This document shows positions 35,793 through 50,080 of a stretch of DNA of 64,000 bases, piece after piece; the stretch's first letter is position 1, and every line of letters starts with the position of its first letter. A model generated the notes under the pieces. It ran no database searches and was not told the DNA's origin. It saw nothing but the letters and a program-made list of their open reading frames with translations. The stretch spans positions 62,001 through 126,000 of the forward strand of contig NGBS01000314.1 of the NCBI GenBank assembly GCA_002245135.1. The letters are read 5' to 3'. Source of the DNA: Proteromonas lacertae (Eukaryota). The translations under genes and the position numbers were made by a program.

Positions 35793-38700
35793 TTAAAATA
35801 TACTTCTTCTATCTTTAACATATCCAGATATTTTTGTAAGAGTACTTTTACCTAATTTGGATTGTCTTGGTTCATTACAACATGCATAAACACTAGCTGT
35901 TCTTTTTCTATAAACTGGATATAACAAACCAGCCAATTCTTCTTTTCTGTATTTATTTTCACTACCAATATATTTCAAACCATTATATAAACGAGGTGGA
36001 ACAAATCTACACACAACACCATTAATAACTGCAAAACAAGCAATTAATATACACAGCAAATGTTGAACAACTGTTAATCTTTTACAATGAAATACTGTCG
36101 ATCCAAATGTAACAATTAATATCTGTATAATTATTTCAAACAACCAGATACATGAAAAAGCAGGAGTTGAAAACATATTACTAAAGAAATTACATTCATT
36201 GTATATTTTTCTTGCATCAATCTGATTGAATATCTGCAATAAGGCAAATGTATGAAATATCATTGTTACATGTGTTGTTGGTTTTGATCCATATCCTAAT
36301 CCTATACCAATTGGTTCTCCAAATATATTATGACCTCCAAATGTGATAAACAATACAATCATAACCTGAAAGCATAAATATGATGCTATGTTCCTAAACA
36401 TGGTTGGACTAATAATAAACTCATCTTTGTTGTATGGAGTTCTTTCCAGCAATTCATCAGTTGGATATTCTGTTGCTAAAGCTAAAGATGGCAAATGTAT
36501 CCATAATCAAATGAATCCATTGCATTTGTACTGGAGTAATTGGTGTTTCATGAATTGTTATTGCTGTAACAAAACCAATCACTGTTGCTACAGCGCCGAT
36601 AGCTAGAGTGAATTGAATGAATTTTCTGCAATTATCATACACACTTCTACCCCATTTCACAGCAGCTACAATTGACAAGAAACTATCATCCATTAAAATA
36701 ATATCTGATGCTTCTTGTGCAACTGAAGTACCACCTATTCCCATCGCAAATCCAACATTTGATTTAGCCAAAGCTGGAGCATCATTTGTACCATCACCAG
36801 TAACAGCTACAATTTGCCCTCTTTCCATCAATCCAGTAACTAATAAATGTTTATCTGTTGGAGCTGATCTTGCCAACACTTGAAGTGTATTTACCAATGG
36901 GTCAAATTCAGCTTGATTTCTAATCACTTTATACTTTTGTGATTCTTGATCATGTTGTTTGGGATCTTTTCCTAATTGCCTAACACAACCATATTTTTTA
37001 CATTCATCAGTACATGCATCTTTTCTTTTTTCTATAGCTTCTCTTTTCCACATATTACAAAGAGATGTTCTATGGCCAACAATAGATGGAAAACCTTGTG
37101 GACTGACATAATCAGCTTTGAAGTGTTTATCCATTGAATAATCATGACAATGGCATTCATGATTGAAATGAGGTGGTAATACTAAACCACCAACTAATTC
37201 TCTAAATTGACTTCCACTCATACAAACACCTGGTGGATAATGAATATTGTGTTTATCTCTGTGACATTGTGGATGATAAATATGACACTGTTTAGCAATT
37301 GATTTGGCTGTATCCATTGCATCACCAGTTACCATTCGTACAAATATACCAGCATCTTGACATCTCAATACACAAGCAGGTACTTCAGGTCGAATTGGAT
37401 CTTCTAAACCTAAAAATCCTACTAATGTTAATTTATCTTCTATAGCTGGACATAAACCTACACCCTTTTGATCAACTGATGAATATTCAACTAATTCACT
37501 CCAATCAATTGGATGATCAAAATCTCTATAAGCTAAACCAATAATTCTTAAACCTTTCTTTGCCATCTTGTTAACCACTGTTTCAACTAACCTTTGTCTA
37601 CTTCCTTCACCAACTATATGTCCATCTTCATCTTCAGACAAAATACCATCCAACACTTTCAATTCACCATCTGTACTTTGCATATTCTCTGACAATCTAA
37701 CCAACATTTCTGGAGCACCTTTTACATATACTCTATATTTATTCTCAGAATATTTCACTACACAGGAAGATCTTTTTCTATCACTGTGAAATGGAATTGT
37801 GGCTATTACTGATGCTTTATCTTTTATTTCTTCAGTTGTTTTAGGAAAATGATTTCTTATTGATTTATAATCAATACCAATCTTTTTCATCCAATACAAT
37901 AAAGCAGCATCAACAGATGAACCAATAGCTCTTTCATTTTTATCATCAGTCATAAATCCATCATTATTTAAACAACAGTTCTCACAAATTAATTCTTTAA
38001 TTTCACTTGATATTTTCTTTGATTCTTCAATAAATACTTTTTCTTCATTCATATCTCCTTTTCTATCAACAAGATATCTTCCTTTTCCATCTAATATCCA
38101 TGCTTGAACGACAGACATTTGACCTTTTGTTAATGTACCAGTTTTATCACTACAAATCGTATTAGCACCACCCATTGTTTCACATGCATTTATATGTCTT
38201 ACTAAATTATTATCTTTCATCATTCTTTTTACAGAATAAGCTAATGCAATAGCTACAGCAAAAGGCAAACCTTCAGGAACCATTACAATTAAATATGAAA
38301 TTCCAGTCAAAATATAACTCAATAAAGAATTCCAATTTGATTTATCCCAATATGGATCACCATTTTCATTAACAGTTCCTTTACCTGTTCCAAATTGGAT
38401 AAAATGAATTAATAGTAATATAACAGTTACTAGAACAGCTAATATAACACTTACTATGGAAATTTGTTCTGTTAATCCTTCTAATTTTTCTTGCAATGGT
38501 GTTGTATCTTCAGATGATTCAACTAATGATTCTAATTTACCAAATACACTATTTCTTCCCACAGCAACAACCAGACAAGTCATATATCCATCATGCACAT
38601 CAGAACTTGATACTAGAAATGGGTTTTCTTTATCTTTAATTACTTGCCTATATTCACCAGTAATTTTAGATTCATCCACTTTACCATTAACTCCAGATAT

Positions 38701-39449
38701 AAGAATACCATCAGCTGGAACTGAATCACCTCCTGTTAAAATCATTATATCACCTACAACTAAATTATCTGTTGAAATAGTTTGTTCTGTTCCTTCTCTT
38801 AATACTTTAATTTCTTTATTTGCATTTATTTCTGTTAAATCTGCAAACTGTTTATCTTTAGCCCATATCTGTTATTGCTTCAACATTGATAATTACTACA
38901 ACAGCTATTAATATAGCAAAACCATCTATCCATCCAGTTTCTGGACCTTCTGTTGCCATTCCAGCTATTATTGCAACAACAGCAGCAACTATAAATACTT
39001 GAATTAAAACTTCGTGAAGACCTTCACAGACAATCTCACAGTATGTGACAGGTTTATGTTTAGGATGATGATTATTTCCGTAAATCTCTTCTCTCTTTGG
39101 ATCTAATACCTGATAATTTGATAATCCCTATTTATAATAAATAATATAACAATATAGTATTATACTTTTAATAGATCTGTACCTAATGTTTCTGCTATAT
39201 GATTTAATCCACCAAATTTCTCTATTGTTGTGAAACCAGCGTTCTCCATTTGCCAATCAAACAGATTTGTTTTATGTTCAGCATCAGGTGCTCCTAATTC
39301 ATTAGCAGTATACTTAAACTTCTAGATTTCAATAAAGAACAAATAATTATTTAATAAATAGTTATAATTTATACATCACATGTGTTATCATCTGATTTCT
39401 TTACAGCAAGTTCATAATATATTTTATTTCCAGCCATATCTTTCTTCAT
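35793..39449 (-). CDS. Plasma-membrane-type Ca2+-ATPase (P2B); introns ~39322-39374 and ~39128-39165; 1-nt indels at ~38865 and ~36490
   Basis: PEGLP, ACETMG, CSDKTGTLT, KGAPE, MVTGD, TGDGTNDAPAL and LIMDT(FA)SLALATE motifs. Confidence 0.95.
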
Positions 39450-39566
39450 AAATTGACTATGAAAAGTCAAAAACTATTATTACCGTTTCACATTTAATTT
39501 TGTCAAAAAAGTTCTAGTGCGAAAAAAATCCCCATTATCATCTAAAACGGATATATTTTTAGAATA

Positions 39567-40792
39567 ATGTTTTCATTTCGATTTGTGAGTGTATTACATA
39601 AAAATTTATCACATAAAAGTATTTACAGATTATATGGATCTTGTGGAATTGTGGGAATGCCTAATATTGGAAAATCTACACTTTTCAATGCATTAACTAA
39701 AACGCAACTTGCAGAAGCATCTAATTTCCCATTTTGTACAATAGAACCTAATCATGCTAATATCCTTTTTAAAAATTCATTTTCAATAATATTTGAGTTA
39801 TGCTTAATATCAATTAAAAAGTATCAATACCAGATAAAAGGTTAGAAAAATTAGCTAAAATTGCAAAATCTGGAGTTATTAATAGATCTCAAATAGAATT
39901 TGTTGATATTGCTGGATTAGTAAGAGGAGCTTCGAAAGGAGAAGGCTTAGGAAATCAATTTTTGTCTAATATTAGACATGTAGATATAATACTTCATAGT
40001 ATTCGCTGTTTTGATGATGTAAATATATCTCATGTTGAAGAATCTGTTAATCCAATTAGAGATTTGAATATAATTAAAAATGAACTTATATTAGGTGATT
40101 TAGAAATAATGGAAAGAAGATTATCGAAGAAAATGAAAATAAAAATGAATGTTAAACATGAAATATATGAATTTTTAGTGAATGAATTAGAGAATGGTAA
40201 TTATTTATATGAAAAGAAATATGACAGTGATGTATATGAAGTAATAAAAGATATCCTATTGATCACTGCAAAACCTATAATTTATCTATGTCATGTCAAT
40301 CCAAATGATTGTTTAAATAGAAATAATTATACAAAATTAATAAGTGATTATATATCACCATTAAAACCAATTGTAATATCTCCATTGTTGGAAGAAGAAG
40401 CAAGTCAATTTGAGGATGATTATTCACAATTGGAGTATTTACAATCTTATGGTTTAGATAAAACTGGGTTGAGTAATATAATACTAGAATGTCAAAAGTT
40501 ACTTGATTTGGTTTATTTCTTTACTGTTGGACCAAAAGAATCTCATAGTTGGAGTATAAGAAGAGGAAAGAAAGCAATTGATGCTGCTGGAACAATACAC
40601 AGTGATTTTATATCTAAATTTGTTAAAGCTCAAACAATTAGTTATGATGATTATATAAAATATAGTATTTGATTATAGTAATACAATTAAATAGATGGAG
40701 AAGAAGGAGTTCGCAAAGCAGGTAAAATAAGAAGTGAAGGAAGAGAATATGTTGTGAAAGATGGAGATATTTTCAACTTTTTATTGAGATAA
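39567..40792 (+). CDS. ychF: YchF/OLA1 Obg-family ATPase, probably organelle-targeted; introns 39760-39818 (AT-AA) and 40665-40694
   Basis: [48 protein letters not shown] and [11 protein letters not shown] motifs; basic/hydroxylated N-terminal extension. Confidence 0.92.
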
Positions 40793-40901
40793 TGTTTAGT
40801 TATTCATAGTATTATGAATTTAAATAAATAAAAGAACATTAATTAGAACATTAACATAAAATAAACATATTCCTAAGTTAAATAACCTAACAATTGTTGA
40901 A

Positions 40902-41332
40902 TTATTCCTTTTTTCTCTCTTTTTCTCCACTAAATTCATCTTCTTCATTTATATTTTCATCTTCATCCATTTCGTTCAATAAAAACTATAACAATAAATA
41001 ATTTACATTTATTTCAATACCTGCTTAAGAAAATCTGACGGGCCTTCTGGAAATGAGTGCCTTTGTCGCAGCAATTTCAATGTGTCAGGAGATGGGGTAG
41101 ATTTCCTCTTCCCTTTTTGTTTATTTAATGCCTTACAAATATTTAAGTATATATATCCTAATACTTTTATTTCATCATTTAATATCAAAGAATTTGTATC
41201 TTTTTTATCTAATTGTATTCTTCGAGTATCTGTTGGTATTGGGCTGAATTGTACTACAAAACTTGGCTGTGGTATATTATCGACATTATATTCATCTATT
41301 TCTTCTTCTTCTTCTTCATATTTCTCTTCCAT
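40902..41332 (-). CDS. Small acidic hypothetical protein; introns 41132-41164 and 40986-41020
   Basis: GT-AG introns of 33 and 35 nt give a continuous ~120-aa frame ending KERKKE*. Confidence 0.6.
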
Positions 41333-41502
41333 TGTTGTTTTATTTGGTAAAAACAAAAATGTAATACAATACAAAATGTATTAAATTGTATTTGTGTGTA
41401 TAATTAAAAAATTCAAAATTATTGATAATACATGTTTATTTAACAATAAATTCATATTATTAATATTTAATGAAGAAATAAAATTCAATAAAATATAAAT
41501 TA

Positions 41503-44500
41503 TTAGTTGATTCTCTTTGGCGGTTTTGAATTAACCACTTTTTTAATATTTTGAGTTAGATAATTCTTTTTAACTGGTTGGCCATTTGATAATTTACTAG
41601 CAACATCTTTAGTAAGTCTTGCACTAACCTTTGATTGTGTTTTTGGAGCTGAATAATTGGGGAATGTTCCTCTTACTTCATAAGTCCACATCATCTCATC
41701 TGTTACAATTAATAATTTCCCTATTAACGTATTTCCATACTCTTTTGGACTAAATGAAACAATGAATTGTGTTCCTTCAGATCCATATGGTTGTAATGTA
41801 CCTCTCATTGGATATACAGAGAATTCTATTGGTGTTTCTGGAGTAAAATAAGCATCAAATTTAGCTGTTTCAACAAATTGGTTTTGTAGATTAAATGAAA
41901 CTGAAGATGTTTGATTCATTGAAGATTCAATAGTAATTACATCATCAATAAGCGGATCTGATGCTTCAAATAATAAATCATATCTCCATCTACCACCACT
42001 TCGTTTGTTCAAAACCAAGTTTGCTTCACATGTTATTGGTTTTGTTGGTGTGAATCTTATTTGATATCTTAATGGTTGATCTAATGATGATATATGATCT
42101 AACAATGGCTCAATAATCAATGATCGATTTAGTAAATCTTTCTTTGACTCATCTAACACTATTAACTCATAATCGAAATACTCTACTTCATCGATTGATT
42201 CTATTGCATGTAATTTTATATCCAATGTTTCATTTACACCTTCTCTTGCTCTGCATTTAAATTCATATCTCTTTTCTGATTTTGGTGCTTCTGCAACTGC
42301 TTTAAATGGATAACTCCACTTCAATTCTTCTTTTGTTCCAACTGTTGTTAGATTAATTAAACCTTCATAAGTGGTTATTTCTTTGGGTGAAAATAATATT
42401 GGTATTTGAATATTACCCTGTGATGATAATGTTTGTTGAGATTTTTTCAATAACAACGATATAACATCTGAATAGTTTTCATCAACTTCTAAACTAATAT
42501 TTATTGCTAAAGAGGTTGGGAATGGATTGTGGAAGAATAAAGATCCAGGAATACTTTCATTTACAACACATGTCAAATCAATATTATCCATTAAACCAGG
42601 TTCAGTTCCATGACCATCTACTGTATATTTCAATTCACCTAACTTTCTTCCTAAAAATACAAATGTAATATTACATGGTTCTAAATTGTTTATTGATGAA
42701 GGGAAATACTCTACGTTAATACGTCTTGTACTATAACCTTTCAATTGCATTCTACTTGGTGTAACTTTATAATTATTTAAATTTGAAACTGCTGCTTTTA
42801 ATGTAACATCTTCACCGATTGGATTTTCTATTATGAATGATTGTGAAGTTTTACTACCAACTGCACAAACCATATCTTTTAATCTAACAGGTTCTGCTTG
42901 ATCAGCTACTAAATGTAATTTATACCAAAATTCTCCTAAAACATTGTGTATAAATGCAATACTACCTTCTTGTTCACCTGGAACTAATGGATTAAATAAT
43001 AATTCATATGATGCTGACTGTAATGGCTCTAAATGGAATAATGGTGAACCAATTAAACCTTCTCCTGTCAAATTTACATCAAAATCTACTGCTTCTTCTA
43101 ATGGATTGGCTAATGTTATATTCACTGTTGTTGCTAATCTAACAGTTGTGTGAATATCAACATCCTCCATTGGCGGAGCAGCTGAAACTGTAACTTCCAT
43201 TGTATACCATTGATATCTTTCATCTTCACCAACAAATGTAATTGTACCTGAATAAATACCTGCTAATAATGGTGTTATTGATAAAGTATATTCTGATTGA
43301 GATTTTGGTGGAACACAAATTGTAGAATCACCACTAATATGTGGAATATCACTTTCTACTTTAAACACTTGTTCTTGATTTGTATCATTATATACTATAA
43401 ATTCTTGAGTAATAGTTTCTCTTGCTTGACATGATAATTCATAATTATCTAAAGCTAATGGATCTTCACCTTTTCCTTTCAGTGAAAAATAGAATTTTTC
43501 TCCATTTACTACATTAGTCAATGTTAATTCACCTTCTATATCACATATCCATGGTGGAGAAAATAATAATTCAAATTCATTTTGACTATTTGCATCTAAA
43601 TGAATTTTCTTTGGACCTTTGAAATGTTCTGCATTTAAATCAACATCTAAATTCCATTCTTCATCTGTATTATTCATCAACGGAATTGCTTGTTTTATCT
43701 TTTGACCTGCTGGTGCAACAGAATTCTATTATGGCTTTAGTATTCTTATCATTCACTACTGCATCAATAGTATAATATCTGCAATCACTTCCATCAACTA
43801 ATATCAATTTACTTGTATATAATCCAGCTGCTTTTGGTTGAAATGATAATGTAAATGTATTTGGAGCTTTTGCATTGATTTTCATGGAATTAGATACTTC
43901 CACTTTTGATAATGTTGAATTTTCAGATGTTAATTGCATTGGAATCACATCTGGAGCTGTAAAATAAGGACTTGAACATTCCACTTTGAAATTAATTGGA
44001 TTATCTCTGTATGCTTGAGTTGCTTTTTGTAAAATATCTCTTACTTTTGTTTTAGCTCCACCACTATATTTTTCTAAAATACTGTTTCTAGCTTGATCTA
44101 AATATACATTTGATGGAGGGAAGATAAGAGTCTTTTGTACTAATGGTATTAAATCAGTGACAATTCTAATCTTTTCAATCATTGGAGGATTCTTCGCTTC
44201 AGCTATAAATTGGTAAATAAATTCACCACTTTGTGGATCTAAGAAGAGAATATTACACTCGTAAGTTCCTCGAAAGAATGGTAAAAAGTTTAATGTTAAA
44301 TTTGTTTTACCTTTAACTGTAATTGCTAAATATTTCATACTACATGAAAAACCATTTGTTTTATCAAATACATGTTGTTTATCAAACTTTTCTAGTGATG
44401 ATTGATCTAATGGAGTTGAATTCTTAGACAATTCTTTGTTATCTTGAGTATTGTTTGGATTATGAATTCTTTTAGCTTTTGGTTTAGATGGTGGTGGGGG

Positions 44501-47500
44501 AATATAAGCTGTGAATTTCTGATCAATTGATATTTCATATCTACCATCACAATTAAATGGATTTTCAATTTCAACTTGTATTTCTTTATTAATATAAACA
44601 TCACCTTCATATCTTATTGTTTTTGCAGGATGGCGAGATGTTATTTGTGATTCTAATCGAAATACCATTGCTGCTGCTCCTAAACCACCATCTCTTTTAT
44701 TACTAAACACCAACTTTCCTTTAACACTTTTTGAAAATCTACTGATAAACTCTATTGGATAACTTAATGAACTACCTGGTTCTAATGATATTTCTTGACA
44801 ATCCATCTTGAAATCAGAGGATCCAGAATATTCTACAGTGTATAATATTGTCTTATTTGATGGATTTCTTAGCTGAATATTTTTTACTATTTTCTCACCT
44901 AATGCTCCTGTAAATACTATTGTTGTTTTTGGTAAGAATTGTGGTAATGTTTGATATAAGTATAATACAAACAATAACATATCTCTATCATTTGGATTTG
45001 TAAAGAAATTTAAACTTGGTACAAATGTTAATTTCAATAATTGTAAAGACTTTAAAAATCTATCAATATTCAATTTCTTATCTTCATCTGTACTTGGAGT
45101 TTCATTATAATGTGCTAATGGCATTCCTTCATTTCCCATTTCTGCTACATGACTTAATACTAAATGGATAAATATCACACCATTTGTTAAATTGTCTGTA
45201 AAATTAATTACTCGTTTTAAATAAGCACCATGCATTTTATGATGATGAATAGTCAACCATCTTAATAATAAATTCTCACTAATACCATATATATTACTGA
45301 CCTGTTATACTTGCATCTAATTGTGGTGTTATATTTCCTGAATTACTATTATCTTTTACGCCAGGTAAATTGAAGAAATTGATAGGTGAAACTCTGAACA
45401 ACACCAATATTCTTACTATTTGATATAATAAGGTAGTCCAACATGATAATGAATAATTAGGATATTCTTCTAAAAATGTATTCTGTAAAGATTTAATCTC
45501 CATATCTTGATATATTTTATCTGGATTTGTTTTCTCAATAACTTCGTTTTATACAATACATAATCATCTGATGATAATAATCCTTTTGGATCAACTGTAT
45601 TTAATAAAGCACCATGAGACTTTAAGAAATTCAACATTTCATTATACATTTCTATTTTCTTCTCTAATTTCTGATCTGGTTTAGTTGGCCATACTTTTGG
45701 CATTCCTGGTATTCTTTTATTTGTCAATAATCCTAGTAATTTATAAATCAAAACACCATCATCATATTTCAATTGTTCAATACTAGTAATTTGATCTGCT
45801 GAAATAGTTTGACTAATGAAATCTAATAAGAATGATATATTATGTTGAGATGGTATTGGAGATGGTGGAGTAACTTCTATATCAACAATTGACGATTTCC
45901 TACCATTTGTAATACTTTTCTTTGTATCTAATGATTTATAACCTTGTTTTCCAGATTGTAAATATTTTATATGATCAATTTCATATAATTGAACTGGTCT
46001 TTTATCTTGAGCATATAATGTATGGGTTTGATTGTGTGATAATATATATGGATAATTTGATAATAAACAATTATCAGCTGTACCTGTTACATTTATACTG
46101 AATCTGTTATTCTGATTATCACTAAAATCTATTCTTGCTGTAAATGACATACTCTTTGTTGCTGTAAATGTAACAACCACAGGTATTTTCTTTATCACAC
46201 TATTTACTACTTTGCCATTTGGAAATGATAATTCTAATGGTATTTTTGTTTGATCTAATGGTATTTTGTATTTCAAATCTAATGATTCATATCCACTATT
46301 AATAATATAAAACATACCAACAGCTTTTGTATTTAATGGAACAATTGGTAGAATAATTTCTTGACAATCAAATTCCAATTTGGGAAATGCACCTGATCCT
46401 TTAAACCCTAATTGCATATATTCAACATCTAAATTATGATCTAAGAATATTGGAACATGAGCTTTGAATGATTTTGCATCTTCTGGCAGAAATTCAACAT
46501 GTACTTTCATTGTTTCACCAACTAATAACTGTCCTTTCATTGGAGCAAGTGTGAATATTTCAGCATTCTCATCGATTTGATTTTCATTATCATTTACTAT
46601 TGCACCTGCTTGCCAATCAATTGTATTTGTGTCTTGATTCGTTAATGTAATCTCAGCATGATATGGAACTAATTTTGTTCTATCAAATGGAACAACTTTC
46701 ATTCCAAAATCAAGTAAACTTGTTGATAATAATAAACGAGGTGGAACTCCATTTCCTGTTACTACTCTACTGATATTTGGATTACTTCCAACTCCAATTA
46801 TTGTTAATGGGAATTCAAATGAATGTTCACCTTCTATTTTTGGATAAAACAATAAATTAAATTTCAATGTCTCTTTAGGTTCAATCACTAATTGGAATTT
46901 CATATATTTATGAACATTTGTTTCATCTTTTTCTTCTTCTCTCGTTTTATCAATAGGTATAACAACTGTTCTCTCTCCATTCTCTTTTGTAGGATAATCA
47001 TCTATTGTAAATTCAGAATTCTTTGATAAATCCAACAACATTAATGCTGTAATAGAACCACGATTCTCTATTGTTACTTTTCTTTTACATCTTCCACCGA
47101 TTATTACATCTCCCATATTATATTCATCTTCTAAAAGTAAAACTTCAGGAATTTTTGCTTCAGCTCTAACTGGTAATGTATATGATTTTCCACCTCTTAC
47201 TGTTAAAGTGATATTTGTTGATTGTTCTGAATAATTCTGTTCATTATTTGGTTTGATTATAACAGTTATTAATGAAGATGATTTTGGACTAATCATAAAT
47301 CTATCAGGTGATACTGTAAAGTCTTTATGATTTGATTGTGCCCATACAACAACTGGTGTTTGAGTATTTGGATTAGTTATTTTCCATTCTTTACTAGTTG
47401 CCATACCAACTGGAACTAATGACATATCCAATGAATTGGGTGTATATGTTATTTCACTTGGTGTTTCTTCAGCTCTACATCTAATCACTTGCGGTTTACC

Positions 47501-50080
47501 TCCTGTAATAACACACTTCAATATTATATCATTTGCTTTTTGATATTGAGGTGTATATTTCACATTAATATCTAAACCTAAATTTGGTTTTAACAAACCT
47601 TTGGACGGAGATACAGAATATACATCATCATCAGTACAACTCCAAATAAACTCAGCATCAACATTACCTGGATTATTCATTCTAATTGTTTGAGTTAATG
47701 AACTTTCTAAATTATCAGGAGGAAATCTGAAAAACAAATCATCTCTTGATACTTCTACAATTATTGGAATTACTAATGCCAATATTCTTACTTTTATTTT
47801 ATGAATACCATTAATTGTAAAATACACAAATTGTTCAAAGTTTTGTTCATGTTCAGCACACATAATTACATCAAATCCAGCTGTTGTTCCTGGAGGAATC
47901 ACTTGAGATTTTGGCTTACTTAATTTCAATTCATCATATTTATAATCAACTGAAACTAAAATACACTGGTGTAAATCATTATTAATACAAAAACTCTTTG
48001 CCACTTTTGAGTTTGTACTTACTCTACCAAAATCTAATACAGTTGGAGAAGCTCTAATATCTGCTAATTCTTCATCACTCAATTGTTGCTGACATGCTCT
48101 TGCTTCAGCTGGTGTTGATGGATTTGCTTTGAATTTCTTTTTAATTAACACATTTTCATCAGCAATATATGCAGGTTTCTTATTTATTATCTTTCCATTT
48201 GCATCAATTTCTTCTTTTAAATATAACTGATCTTTTGCTGGTGGTAATGGCAAACGAGGAGATAATAATCCATCAAATGGAGGAATTCCTAAATCAGTAC
48301 CTTCTGGATTAGTCATTATTTCATGAATATTGGCTGTTCTAGCTTCTTTCTTTGCCTTTTCCTTCTTCATTCTACTTTCTTTTATCATATTGTTATACTT
48401 CATTTTATGCTCTTTTATTTCTTCTAATTTTGATACACCAAACGTATAAATAGCATCATCCGTTAGTTTGAATAATCTTTCCTTTTGTCTAACTTCATCT
48501 TCTTGTTCTAAATAATCCCATGGATTTGGTCTTGTCCATTTTGGTGGATTTGTACTGTTTGTTCCAGCTAAGACATTAATAGCAAATTTTGGTTCTTCTT
48601 TCATTGTTTTGATATGATTTGTCTTATTACCTACTATATTACAAGTTCCTTGCACTCTTAATGGCAATACAGTCAATCCTTTATCACATACTATTTGAAA
48701 CATACTTTTAAATTTTCCTAATTGTGTAGGAATAAAACTAAAAACAACATCTAATGATTGTGATGGATATAATGTACCTGATGTTGGATTACAATGAAAA
48801 TGAGCAATTTTATTAATACACCAATCCATTGGTAATTCTTTACATTCATTTGTTAATGTAACAATATGATCTAATCTATCATTGGTTGAACAATCACCAA
48901 AATCAATTTTATTCGTACTTATTAACATCATAGGTTGAATCATTCTTGAAGATACATTGTAAGTCATCATTTGTCTTGTTTCTGAACATTCAAATGTCAC
49001 TTGTGTTGAATATGGTACTGATGGATCATCAGGCATCTCACTTTTAAATCCTTGACTTCTACCATCAAATTTGGGTTTGAATGTAAAATTCACTACTTTT
49101 TCTTCATAAGGATTTACTAAGCCAGTTTTTGGTGTAAAAACAAGTGGATCATAATCAACGGGTATAGTTTGTACTACTGAATCAATAGCTTCAACTTTGT
49201 CTTCATTATTATTTTCATTATCATTATTTTTCTTTTCTTCATTATTACCACCATTATTACTTCCATCATTGTGTGAAATCATAAAGGTACAAGGCTCAGG
49301 ACCATTATTTACTACTACAATTGGTATTGTCTTTTGCTGACCATAATACATTGGTCCAAATGAAAAACAATCTACACTTTCTCTATTACTTGAAAATAAC
49401 ACTTCTAATTTCTGATCAACAACTGTTGCACTTATATCTATCACTTTATCAGGCTGATCTTTTACATGTACAGTTGCTATTCCACGATAAGTACCTACCA
49501 CATTACCTGTGAATTGAAATCTTATCTTTTCTTTCCAACTTTCATCATCTTCTGGATGATATCTTGGTTTTGCTTTCAACATTGATTTGGATGGACTTAC
49601 TTTTACATTTGAACCTTCTTCTACTTCTATTTCGTATATACCATCAGCTAAACCTTCATTTCGAATTTCTATATAAGATGAACAATTATTACCCAAAACT
49701 ACTCTACCAAAGTCTATAAATGGTTGGAACTCAAACTGAGGATGAGGAAAATAAGCATGTAATGGAATTTCCATATGACCATCATTATCATAAGCAATGT
49801 AGAAAGAATCATGACAATCCTTTGTTTCTTGTGTTGAAAATGTTACATCAACCTTCAAGTCTAATCCAGGAGAAACTGTAGTGGTTGTAACAGTATCAAC
49901 TGTGAAATTAGGATTTGTTGGTGGATCTATTCTTACTCTATGTGGAACAGTATCTGCATTTTGAATTGTAAATGTTATCACATATTGAGGTCCTGCTGCT
50001 ACACCTTGAAATTCAATTTCTGGAGGAAACACTCTAATTGATCCTTTTTGCTCTGAAAGACTAATACCCAATGTTGTCAT
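41503..50080 (-). CDS. CFAP47: Cilia- and flagella-associated protein 47-like (~2,850 aa), broken by three 1-nt indels (~45547, ~45299, ~43716)
   Basis: Many tandem ASH/Ig-like repeats (LDFG...N) and a CH-like region (SNIYGISENLLLRWL...NFTDNLTNG); the four ORFs join with single-base corrections. Confidence 0.8.

Noticed and set aside
41503..50080. CFAP47 as a pseudogene marking flagellar loss
   Set aside because: The same density of 1-nt indels occurs in CDC20, PMCA and Rab, and there are no accumulated nonsense codons; assembly error is more parsimonious
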